Shown: piece after piece, positions 1-9,215 of the stretch | How positions within the stretch are numbered: position 1 is the first letter of the stretch | How the letters are laid out: every line of letters begins with the position of its first letter | Source: Phycisphaerae bacterium | GTDB lineage: Bacteria > Planctomycetota > Phycisphaerae > SM23-33 | Assembly: GCA_016929245.1 (NCBI GenBank) | Contig: JAFGJE010000251.1 | Span: forward strand, 1 to 62,062 | Direction: 5' to 3' | Length of the DNA: 62,062 nt | Program-made: the position numbers and the translations under genes | The notes under the pieces: generated by a model | Told to the model about the DNA's origin: nothing | What the model saw: the letters and a program-made list of their open reading frames with translations, nothing else | Databases searched by the model: none

Positions 1-2451
1 ATCGACGGAAAACTCATCGCCGCCAACGCCATGGGCCTGTGCGCGTATTTCGATTACGACCAGACGCACGCCCGCCTGACCGAACGCATGAACCACGCGC
101 CTCTCGAAGAACGCGTCGAACTGCTTCAGCAGCGCGGCGAACTGGCGTTCAACACCTTCCGATACCCCGACGCCCTGAACGATTACACCGCCGCCGAGGA
201 ATCGGCGAAATCCCTGCCCGACGGGGAACATAAACGCTTCGTCCTGACGGACCTTCGCCAGCGACGCTGCCGGACCTACGTCGCCCTGGGCAACCGCGAA
301 AAAGACGCCGACAAGGCGCTTTCGTGGTTCGCTAAAGCGCAAGACCTCGCCCGGACGAAGCAGCAGCGGGCCCACATGCGCATCCGCACCGCCAAGCTCC
401 TGGAATGGTTCGGACGGTTCCCCGAGGCGGTGGAAGTCGCCCAAGCCCTGGGCGAGGAATTCCCCGAAGAGCAGGTCGTGGACGTGCGCGTCGGAGCCGA
501 CGTCAACCCGCGAGAAATCTTCAGCGACTCGGATCCCATCCTCCCCGCGAAGGCGTGGGCGCATCAGTTCATCCGCCGGATTCTCAAAATCCACGGGCAG
601 GACGTGTACGCGAAATTCGACGACCGGGCGCGGCGGGCATTGCAACAGGCCCGGCAAGAAAACACGCCCGAAGCCTACCTGGCGATTCAACGGCGCTGGC
701 CTGTAAGCAAACACGTGCCCGACGCCTATTTCGCTGCCGCGGAAGTGTATTACGCCCGAGCGAAACAGACCGAAGACGCCGCGCGGGCCGACGAGAATCT
801 GCGCCAGTGCGTGGACCTGCTTCAGCAGGTGGTGCATCATCGGGACAATTCCCATTGGCCTTCGACGCTGGCGGCGCTGACCGCCGTCTACACCGCCGAC
901 GGCCGAGTGGTGCTGGCAAGCCAAACGCGGATGGAGCTGGACGATCTGCCTCCCGACACACCCATCGCCTTCGCGGACCTCCAGGGCCCGCTGGATACAA
1001 TATTGCGCGATCTGGACGAGGGAAAAATCAAAACCATCCAGACTCCGAAAACGAAAACACCCGAAAAAACGCTGCCGGTTCTCAATCCGCCCCTGCGGGA
1101 AATCTTCCGGCTGGACGACTCGACGACAAGACTTCTTTTCGACACCAACGGGAATCCCCTCCGCCTGGGGAACATCGTTTTCGTCCAACAAGGCGACGAA
1201 ATCCTTCTGCTGGACACCTCCGCCGCCGGCGCCGAAAACGCCGTTCGCGCCGCGGCGCTGACGAAGATTCGTTATTCGCGGGGACAGAATTTTTACGTTG
1301 GCATCAGTCGGCACGGAAACATCGTCGCGGTCGCGAACAACCAACGCGTCAGCGTCTTTCAAACCGACACCTGCAAACTGCTCCGGCAGGAGGACTGGTC
1401 CCATTACGGCTTCCGGGACGTCATGAGCGTCGGCGTCGGCGACGACCGGATCGTGGTGCTGGATGCACACAGCCGCATGAAGGTGATCGATATCGCCACG
1501 GGCGAGGTGCGATGGAAATACCCGCCGAAGGAGCCCCGGCGCGGAAAACTCCCTCCCGCCATGCCCATCGAAGTCAGGGCCCCGGAGGCGCAGCGTGGAA
1601 ACGGACGCGCCCCCAACATTCGCGTCTCGCTGATCCCGCAAATCGCCGACGGCCTGATTATGGCGCCTATGTACACGGGGGACGGCGTCTACGGCGTATT
1701 CGACATCAACAGCGGGAAGCTGCTTTTATCGCACATCGCCATTCCCCGGAATGAGCTGCAACGTTTCTCCGGACATATTCAGGGGCAGCTCCTGGGCGAC
1801 GACCGACTGGTGATCGCGGTCAACGGGAAGCTGACGCTGTACGACTTGAAAAACGCGAAGAAACCGGTCCTGGAAACAACCGTACACACGTCCCGAGACG
1901 TCAACGGCAACCTCCTGGGATGGAACCGGGATTTCCTGGCGGTTCGGGGACCGAAGAACAACGTGCTGGTGTATTCCCTCCGGGATCCGACACGCAATCC
2001 AACGGCCTTATCGTTATCGCTGCCCAAGATCAAAGGTGAACTCGTTCCCCAAACGGCGATTCTGGACGAACAACGCGTCTATGTCTTCGTCTCGCGGGAT
2101 ATCGCGATACAGGCGCTCCCCGACCGAATACGATTCAAAGGCCTGGCGGTGACGGCGTTTGACCTTTCCTCCGGGAAGCAGTTATGGAGCCGCATACCCC
2201 TATCCATGGAGGCGTATAGCAAACTCAACCATACCGAAACACGACGATACCTGGTGCTGGATCTTTGGCCGAGCGACATCCAGGGTCAATGCCTGTTGAT
2301 CGAAAAAGCAACGGGCAGGATTGCCCAGCGCCTTGCGATTACGGAAAATCATTATGATGGAAAGGTCTGGCACTTTCATCGGCGTGCCGTTGTCACCAAC
2401 GGCCGGCTGGTTGTTGAAAACTTGAAAGGAATCGCTGTATACGGTCAATAA
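1..2451 (+). CDS. Large TPR-like + PQQ/BamB-type beta-propeller repeat protein (5'-truncated by window edge)
   Basis: Frame is open from base 1 (IDGKLIAANAM...). The N-terminal half is helical and TPR-like; the C-terminal half has beta-propeller-type repeats (IDIATGEVRWK, FDINSGKLL, AFDLSSGKQLWS). Confidence 0.65.
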   Translation: MDGKLIAANAMGLCAYFDYDQTHARLTERMNHAPLEERVELLQQRGELAFNTFRYPDALNDYTAAEESAKSLPDGEHKRFVLTDLRQRRCRTYVALGNREKDADKALSWFAKAQDLARTKQQRAHMRIRTAKLLEWFGRFPEAVEVAQALGEEFPEEQVVDVRVGADVNPREIFSDSDPILPAKAWAHQFIRRILKIHGQDVYAKFDDRARRALQQARQENTPEAYLAIQRRWPVSKHVPDAYFAAAEVYYARAKQTEDAARADENLRQCVDLLQQVVHHRDNSHWPSTLAALTAVYTADGRVVLASQTRMELDDLPPDTPIAFADLQGPLDTILRDLDEGKIKTIQTPKTKTPEKTLPVLNPPLREIFRLDDSTTRLLFDTNGNPLRLGNIVFVQQGDEILLLDTSAAGAENAVRAAALTKIRYSRGQNFYVGISRHGNIVAVANNQRVSVFQTDTCKLLRQEDWSHYGFRDVMSVGVGDDRIVVLDAHSRMKVIDIATGEVRWKYPPKEPRRGKLPPAMPIEVRAPEAQRGNGRAPNIRVSLIPQIADGLIMAPMYTGDGVYGVFDINSGKLLLSHIAIPRNELQRFSGHIQGQLLGDDRLVIAVNGKLTLYDLKNAKKPVLETTVHTSRDVNGNLLGWNRDFLAVRGPKNNVLVYSLRDPTRNPTALSLSLPKIKGELVPQTAILDEQRVYVFVSRDIAIQALPDRIRFKGLAVTAFDLSSGKQLWSRIPLSMEAYSKLNHTETRRYLVLDLWPSDIQGQCLLIEKATGRIAQRLAITENHYDGKVWHFHRRAVVTNGRLVVENLKGIAVYGQ

Positions 2452-2463
2452 TTCCGTTTGTTG

Positions 2464-2489
2464 CGCGGCGGGAATCCTTTCCCGCCGCG
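2464..2489. repeat. Perfect 11-bp hairpin (REP-like or terminator-like)
   Basis: CGCGGCGGGAA-TCCT-TTCCCGCCGCG between co-directional genes, with no U-tract. Confidence 0.6.
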
Positions 2490-2507
2490 TCGAGACGTGA
2501 GCATACG

Positions 2508-3650
2508 ATGACGTTACGAAACACGATCATTTCGGCGATGGTAATCGCGGCGCTGGCTTGTTGGCCGGCGGTGCACTGGCCCGCGCCGTCATCGGCGACG
2601 GCGGCGACGCCTTCGCGCGTCCTGCCGAAGATGGTCACCCGCGACACTGCCACGCGCGTCGACAAGGGGCTGCGCTACCTCGAACGCACCCAGCGACAGG
2701 ACGGCAGTTGGCTCAACAGCGGCGGATGGGGAGTCTATCCCGTCGTCATGACGTCGCTGGCGGGACTGGCGTTTCTCGCCAACGGTTCGACGCCGGAATC
2801 CGGGCCGTACCGACGCAGCGTTTCGCGGGCGCTGAACTACGTGCTGAACATCGCGGAGGCGGGTCGGCAGCGGAACAAAAAGGAAATCCTCATCGCCGGG
2901 GAGGGGTCGGAATCCCGCAGCATGTACGGCCATGGGTTCGGGATGCTGTTCCTCGCGGAGTGTTACGGGATGGAGGGCGACAAATCCACCGACCGCGCGC
3001 AGCGCATCCGGGACGTGCTGGAAGGGGCGGTGAACTTAACCGCCCGGGCGCAGTCCGACCTGGGACCCGCGCAGAAGCACGCCGGCGGATGGATTTACAC
3101 CCCCAACGGCCGAAGCGACGAAGGTTCGGTGACCGTCACGCAACTCCAGGCCCTCCGCGCCTGCCGCAACGTCGGGATCAAGGTGCCCCGCAGCACGATC
3201 GAACGGGCCGTGCTGTACCTGAAATTCTGCCAGCAGTCCGACGGGGGGATCTGCTATTCCGCGCAAAGTCGCGGCAACAGCCTGCCGGCGATCTCCGCGG
3301 CGGCGGTGGCGTGTTTTTATTCCGCGGGCATTTACGACACCCGCACCGGCGGCGCCGGCGTCGAGGCGAAGATGGTCGAACGACTCATCGAATACTGCAA
3401 GAAAAACGTCCGCGTCGAAGGCGGCGCGGGACATTACTTTTATACACAACTGTACTATTCCCAGGGAATGTACCAGCGCGGCGGGAAGGACTGGGTGGAC
3501 TATTACCCCCGCATCCGCGACCGCCTCGCGGGCATGCAGGCGCCGGACGGAAATTGGAACGGCGACGGTATCGGCCCGATCTACGGAACCGCCATCGCCT
3601 GCATGATCCTGCAACTACCCTACGGCTACCTGCCGGTGATGCAAAGATAG
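2508..3650 (+). CDS. Prenyltransferase/squalene oxidase repeat-containing secreted protein
   Basis: Signal peptide; QW-like repeats ([32 protein letters not shown]); located next to a MoxR ATPase. Confidence 0.85.
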   Translation: MTLRNTIISAMVIAALACWPAVHWPAPSSATAATPSRVLPKMVTRDTATRVDKGLRYLERTQRQDGSWLNSGGWGVYPVVMTSLAGLAFLANGSTPESGPYRRSVSRALNYVLNIAEAGRQRNKKEILIAGEGSESRSMYGHGFGMLFLAECYGMEGDKSTDRAQRIRDVLEGAVNLTARAQSDLGPAQKHAGGWIYTPNGRSDEGSVTVTQLQALRACRNVGIKVPRSTIERAVLYLKFCQQSDGGICYSAQSRGNSLPAISAAAVACFYSAGIYDTRTGGAGVEAKMVERLIEYCKKNVRVEGGAGHYFYTQLYYSQGMYQRGGKDWVDYYPRIRDRLAGMQAPDGNWNGDGIGPIYGTAIACMILQLPYGYLPVMQR

Positions 3651-3673
3651 GCAGGGCGGGGCTACCGCCCCGC
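3651..3673 (+). repeat. GTAG-like REP hairpin (GCAG tag)
   Basis: GCAGG followed by GCGGGGC-TACC-GCCCCGC, directly after the stop codon. Confidence 0.45.
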
Positions 3674-3694
3674 GAAACAATTGGAGATACAACC

Positions 3695-4756
<1,062 letters not shown>

Positions 4757-4758
4757 AA

Positions 4759-4792
4759 GAATTGCGGATTGCGGGTTGTGGATTGCGGAATG
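4759..4792 (+). repeat. Heptamer tandem array, family C (GATTGCG)n, copy C1
   Basis: GAATTGCGGATTGCGGGTTGTGGATTGCGGAATG just after the moxR stop. Confidence 0.75.
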
Positions 4793-4808
4793 AAGAAAAA
4801 AGATACAT

Positions 4809-4858
4809 TGTCATCCTGAGCGAAGCGAGTCTTCGATCGCAGTCGAAGGACCCCACGC
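4809..4858 (+). repeat. REP-like palindrome, family A, copy A1 (upstream arm of GIY-YIG gene)
   Basis: TGTCATCCTGAGCGAAGCGAGTCTTCGATCGCAGTCGAAGGACCCCACGC; matches 9 other copies in the window. Confidence 0.92.
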
Positions 4859-4895
4859 CCAGGAAAATGACAAACCATACAAACGGAAACAAACC

Positions 4896-5189
4896 ATGAG
4901 ACAGCACAATTACTACGTCTACATCATAACCAACCGGACGCATCGTGTGCTGTACATCGGTATGACCAACAACCTGGAACGCCGTTTGTCCGAGCATCAA
5001 AGCGGAGAGTTCCCCGGTTTTACGAGGAAATACAACGTGAACAAGCTCGTGTATTACGAGCATTACTCGGAAGTTGAATGTGCGATTCGACGAGAGAAGC
5101 AACTGAAAGGCTGGCGACGAGAAAAGAAGAATCAATTAATCGCGAGCATGAATCCCAAGTGGGATGATCTCGCACATGCCTGGGCGTGA
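4896..5189 (+). CDS. Small stand-alone GIY-YIG nuclease (YhbQ/UPF0213-like)
   Basis: YYVYIITN...LYIGMTNNLERRLSEH...GFTRKY...LVYYE...AIRREKQLKGW, with canonical Y/Y/R/H/E positions, 97 aa. Confidence 0.95.
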   Translation: MRQHNYYVYIITNRTHRVLYIGMTNNLERRLSEHQSGEFPGFTRKYNVNKLVYYEHYSEVECAIRREKQLKGWRREKKNQLIASMNPKWDDLAHAWA

Positions 5190-5232
5190 GATCCTTCGAT
5201 TGCGGCCCTTCAGGCCTTCGCTCAGGATGACA
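5184..5232 (-). repeat. Family A copy A2 (downstream arm, overlapping GIY-YIG stop)
   Basis: Reverse complement TGTCATCCTGAGCGAAGGCCTGAAGGGCCGCAATCGAAGGATCTCACGC; inverted relative to A1. Confidence 0.9.
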
Positions 5233-5242
5233 AACCCCAGCC

Positions 5243-5419
5243 TGTCATCCTGAGCGGAGCGAAGCGGAGTCGAAGGAACCCACGCATAGAATGAGTGGCA
5301 TAACCAACACATTGGGAACGTGGAAGAAAAAGCGGAATGAAAATATGAAGTTATTTTCTAAATATCTGCGCGTGGGATCCTTCGACTTCGCTCGAAGACT
5401 CGCTTCGCTTAGGATGACA
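5243..5419. repeat. Family A inverted doublet A3(+)/A4(-) (REPIN-like)
   Basis: A3 5243-5285 is TGTCATCCTGAGCGGAGCGAAGCGGAGTCGAAGGAACCCACGC. A4 5370-5419 is reversed, with one substitution in the core (CCTAAGC). The spacer is AT-rich. Confidence 0.9.
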
Positions 5420-5431
5420 GTATAGAGACTA

Positions 5432-6409
5432 ATGGCAAAAACCAACGGTAACAACTCGAACGAACTGCTGCAGTATCTTGATCCGAAGGTGCTGGCGAAG
5501 ATTACGCGGCTGGATTTGCGCGCGCGGCATGTGGTGGAGGGGTTTGTCAGCGGTTTGCATCGCAGTCCGTTTCACGGCTTCAGCGTGGAGTTCGCCTCGC
5601 ATCGCGAATACGTCTGGGGCGACGATATCCGGCATATCGACTGGAAAGTGCAGGCCAAGACCGACCGGTTCTACATTAAGCAGTACGAGGAAGAAACGAA
5701 CCTAAAGGCGATGTTCCTGCTCGACGCGTCCGAGTCCATGCGGTATGGCGGAACGAATGAAACAACGAGCCCCGGGCGTAAGCCCGGGGACCATCGCTTT
5801 TCGAAATACGAATACGCCGCGACGGCGGCGGCTTCTTTGGCGTTTTTGTTGCAACAGCAGCAGGACGCCGTGGGCCTGGGCATTTTCGACGAGGAACTCG
5901 TCACCTACTCCCCGCCGTCGACGTCCCCCCAGCAGCTTCGCGCGATGATCCACGCGATGAGCGCCGCGGAACTGAAGAATCCAACGTCGCTGGAAGCCGT
6001 CGCACACACGATGGCGGAGAAGATTTCCCGCCGCGGGCTGGTGTGCCTCGTTTCTGACCTGTTCGCCGCGACGGACGGCGTGATCCGCGCGCTGGAGCAT
6101 TTTCGACATCGAGGCCACGAGGTGCTCGTGCTGCATATCCTCGATAAGGACGAGTTGGACTTCCCCTTCGTGGGCAACACGCAGTTCCTCGGCCTGGAGA
6201 ACATGGGCAGGGTAAACGTGCAGCCACGCGCGTTGCGTGAGGCGTATCTGAAGGAAGTCAACGCGTTTTGTCACGAAGTGCAGCGCAAGTGCGTCGCCAG
6301 CCGCATCGACTATAAGCGAATTTCAACAGCCGACAGTCTGGACGCGGCGCTATGCGCGTTCCTGGCGGCCCGCGCCGCGGCGGTACGGAAAACGAGCGCG
6401 AAACGATGA
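5432..6409 (+). CDS. DUF58 protein (MoxR-associated, vWA-like)
   Basis: GLHRSPFHGFSVEFASHREYVWGDDIRHIDWK, LLDASESM, LVSDLF. Confidence 0.93.
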   Translation: MAKTNGNNSNELLQYLDPKVLAKITRLDLRARHVVEGFVSGLHRSPFHGFSVEFASHREYVWGDDIRHIDWKVQAKTDRFYIKQYEEETNLKAMFLLDASESMRYGGTNETTSPGRKPGDHRFSKYEYAATAAASLAFLLQQQQDAVGLGIFDEELVTYSPPSTSPQQLRAMIHAMSAAELKNPTSLEAVAHTMAEKISRRGLVCLVSDLFAATDGVIRALEHFRHRGHEVLVLHILDKDELDFPFVGNTQFLGLENMGRVNVQPRALREAYLKEVNAFCHEVQRKCVASRIDYKRISTADSLDAALCAFLAARAAAVRKTSAKR

Positions 6410-6876
6410 AGAAGTTTGACCACAGAGACACAGAGGGCACAGAGGAAAGAGTTTTTCAATCAAACTCTTACGTATATAAACGTAATAGTGTTTTTTCGAC
6501 GCAGCAATATCCCTGTAAGGATATTACGGAGAAAATTATCGGCTGTGCAATTGCGGTTCATCGTGAATTGGCTGCAGGATTTATTGAATCTATTTATGAA
6601 AATGCACTTGTTTATGAACTCACAAAACAATCGCTAACCGTTGAAAAACAAAAATCGTTAGAGGTTTTTTACGATGGTGTCTTTGTCGGAGAACATCGGG
6701 CGGATTTAATTGTCGAAGGAAAGGTAGTTGTTGAATTAAAAGCCATTCGTGAATTGACTCCACAACATACATCACAATTGATGAGCACAATGAAGGCAGC
6801 AAAATTGAAAGTAGGTTTGTTAATCAATTTCGCGGAAGCACGATTGATCGACGGAGTACAACGAGTCGTTCTATAA
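6406..6876 (+). CDS. GxxExxY protein (PD-(D/E)XK nuclease fold)
   Basis: GFIESIY, RADLIVEGKVVVELKA, GLLINF. The ATGA start overlaps the DUF58 stop. AT-rich (about 37% GC in a sampled line) relative to the flanks. Confidence 0.92.
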   Translation: MKKFDHRDTEGTEERVFQSNSYVYKRNSVFSTQQYPCKDITEKIIGCAIAVHRELAAGFIESIYENALVYELTKQSLTVEKQKSLEVFYDGVFVGEHRADLIVEGKVVVELKAIRELTPQHTSQLMSTMKAAKLKVGLLINFAEARLIDGVQRVVL

Positions 6877-6912
6877 CAACAACTCTGTGACCTCTGTGCC
6901 TCTGTGGTCAAA
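6415..6912. mobile_element. Candidate element: GxxExxY gene bounded by 30-bp terminal inverted repeats (family B)
   Basis: Left arm 6415-6444 TTTGACCACAGAGACACAGAGGGCACAGAG; right arm 6883-6912 reverse complement TTTGACCACAGAGGCACAGAGGTCACAGAG (28/30 identical). GC drops inside, and the unit interrupts the MoxR operon. Mobility is inferred. Confidence 0.6.
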
Positions 6913-6917
6913 ATACT

Positions 6918-9215
6918 ATGCCGTTTATTCATCCTATTTTGTTCTGGCTGGGTGTTGCCGGGATTTCGGTTCCGATCATCATCCACATTTTAAACCGCCG
7001 ACGGTTTCGTGTCGTCGAGTGGGCGGCGATGCGCTTTTTGCTGGAGGCGTTGCGGAAAAACCGCCGCCGCCTGCGGCTGGAAGAACTGATCCTGCTGGCG
7101 ATGCGGTGTTTGGTGCTGCTGCTGCTGGGGATCGCCCTGGCGCGTTTTACCGGCTGCGACGGCGAGGGCGCCCTGGACGGTCTGAACGGCCCGCGGACGT
7201 TCGTGTTCGTGCTCGACGACAGCGCCTCGATGGGTCAGCGGCGTGGCGACAAAACGCTGCTGGCCGCCGCCAAGGACGACCTGAAAGATCGCCTGACGAA
7301 ACTGCGCAGCCGGGACCGCGCTGCGATTCTGCTGTCCTCCCAGCCGGCCGCCAAACAGGCGTTCTTCCGCCTGGGCGAGATCACCGACCGCGAAGCGCTG
7401 TTGGCGCGGCTTGAGGCGCTGGAACCGTCGGACCTGCGAACGACGCTCCTGGAAGCGACGCGAACGGCGCGGGATCTGCTCGCGGACGCGGAGGGCGAAA
7501 AGCGAGTGTACCTGTTGAGCGACTACCGGCAGGAGGACGTCGGCGACGCCGAATACCGAACCGCGACGCGAAAAATTCTCGCGGAGTTGAACCAATCCGG
7601 AGCGCACGTGACGGTGCTGGACTACGGCCTGGCGGCGAAAACGAATCTGACGCTGGAGGAAATTTCCCAGGCGGACAAATTCGCCGTCGCCCGTCAACCG
7701 TCGCGCATTTCGCTGCACGTTCGGAACAACGGAAGTGCGCGGGCCCAAAACGTGCCCGTGAAACTCACAGCCGTGCTGCAAAACGGCGAAACGTCGCACA
7801 CCGTCACGCTGCCGCCGCAAACGATTCCCTCGCTCGAACCGGGTGAAACCTGGAAGCGAGAAATTTCCTTCACGCCGGGCGAGGAAGGATTCGTCGCCAT
7901 CACGGCCGAGTTGCCCGCCGACGCCCTGGAGGCGGACAACCGCGCGACGCTGGCGATGAAAGTGCAACCGGCGACGAAGGTGCTGATCGTCGATGGAAAA
8001 CCCAACGCGACGACGCCGGAGGATGCCGAGTCCTACTTCCTTCGGATCGCCCTGGACCCGACCGGGCGCGGCGACCACGGTTTCGCGGTGGACGTGATCA
8101 CGCGGGACGACCTGCCCAACGTGCGATTCGACGAGTACGACGTGGTGTTCCTCCTGAACGTCTCCGACGCGCCGATTCAACCCGTGGAGCTAAAAGCCGA
8201 AGACGGCGAAAAAACCGTCGAGCGATACGCCTCGATCCGCAAGCTGGAAGACTATGTCCGCAACGGCGGCGGACTGGTGATCTACACCGGCGACCGAGTG
8301 GACACGAACTTCTACAACGACCGCCTGTACAACCAGGGTCAGGGACTGCTGCCGTTGCCCATTCGCACTCCCGCGGGCGACGGTACGCAATCCGAGAAAT
8401 ACGTGCAGTTGGATCCGTCAAGTATTCCGCCCACGGGCGTGATGGTCTTTTTCGCCGGCGACGGCGGGGCGTTGGCGGGATTGATTCGCTTCTTCGCCCA
8501 CACGCCCGGCGACGAGAAAGGGCTGGCTCCGGCGGGCAACATCGCCAAGGCGCCTGTCGTCGAAGCGCGATACAACGATCCGGCGCATTCCCCCGCCGTC
8601 GTGTCGCGCCATTTCGGGCGCGGCAAGAGCGTGCTGATTACCTCCACAGCCTCGCTGGCGTGGAACGACTGGGCGATGGACGCCGTCGCGGACGTGCAGG
8701 GACTCTACGTGCTGTTCGTCGCGGACCTCGCGGATCGCCTCGCCCGCGTGCGGGAAAACATTTATACGCGCCGGACGGGTCAGCCGATCCGCCTGCCGTT
8801 ACAGGAAGACCTGCGCGACACGACGGCCAAACTCACCCCGCCGGACGTCGGAGCGGAAATCGTTTCGCTTTCACCGCAACGCGACGCGACGGGACGACTG
8901 GAGCTGATCTACAACAACGCCGACGAGTCGGGCCTGTATCGCCTGCGCCTGCGCCGCCCGGACGGACTGGAACGCCACTGGCTGCTGGCGCGAAACGTGG
9001 ACAGCCGCGAGGGACGACTCGCCCCGGCGGGCAAGGAAACTCTCGCCACCGCCCTGGGACGCGACACGTTCACTTACGTCAACCGCGCCGAAACCGGCGG
9101 AACGGAACTGGCGGAAACCGGCATGGAAAAACCCTATTGGATCTATCTCGTTGTCGCGCTGATCGCCTTGCTGGCGCTGGAAACCTATCTCGCGCGACGA
9201 TTCGGACACTGGTAA
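6918..9215 (+). CDS. BatA N-terminal + vWA domain membrane protein
   Basis: BatA-type start (PIIIHILNRRRFRVVEWAAMRFL), MIDAS-like VLDDSASM, LLSDY, Ig-like and GATase-like segments, C-terminal TM helix. Confidence 0.85.
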   Translation: MPFIHPILFWLGVAGISVPIIIHILNRRRFRVVEWAAMRFLLEALRKNRRRLRLEELILLAMRCLVLLLLGIALARFTGCDGEGALDGLNGPRTFVFVLDDSASMGQRRGDKTLLAAAKDDLKDRLTKLRSRDRAAILLSSQPAAKQAFFRLGEITDREALLARLEALEPSDLRTTLLEATRTARDLLADAEGEKRVYLLSDYRQEDVGDAEYRTATRKILAELNQSGAHVTVLDYGLAAKTNLTLEEISQADKFAVARQPSRISLHVRNNGSARAQNVPVKLTAVLQNGETSHTVTLPPQTIPSLEPGETWKREISFTPGEEGFVAITAELPADALEADNRATLAMKVQPATKVLIVDGKPNATTPEDAESYFLRIALDPTGRGDHGFAVDVITRDDLPNVRFDEYDVVFLLNVSDAPIQPVELKAEDGEKTVERYASIRKLEDYVRNGGGLVIYTGDRVDTNFYNDRLYNQGQGLLPLPIRTPAGDGTQSEKYVQLDPSSIPPTGVMVFFAGDGGALAGLIRFFAHTPGDEKGLAPAGNIAKAPVVEARYNDPAHSPAVVSRHFGRGKSVLITSTASLAWNDWAMDAVADVQGLYVLFVADLADRLARVRENIYTRRTGQPIRLPLQEDLRDTTAKLTPPDVGAEIVSLSPQRDATGRLELIYNNADESGLYRLRLRRPDGLERHWLLARNVDSREGRLAPAGKETLATALGRDTFTYVNRAETGGTELAETGMEKPYWIYLVVALIALLALETYLARRFGHW

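Noticed and set aside
2558-3694. N-terminal 379-aa extension of MoxR in the ORF track
   Set aside because: It overlaps the prenyltransferase gene in another frame, is Arg/Gly-rich shadow sequence, and a ribosome-binding site precedes ATG 3695.
4809-5419. CRISPR array interpretation of clustered family A repeats
   Set aside because: Copies alternate in orientation, spacers are irregular (a gene, 10 nt, ~85 nt), and there are no cas genes.
6406-6917. Target-site duplication around the GxxExxY cassette and the 35455 doublet
   Set aside because: The flanks (GAAG|...|ATAC and AATA|...|ACTC) show no direct repeat, so I do not call it a classical IS or MITE.
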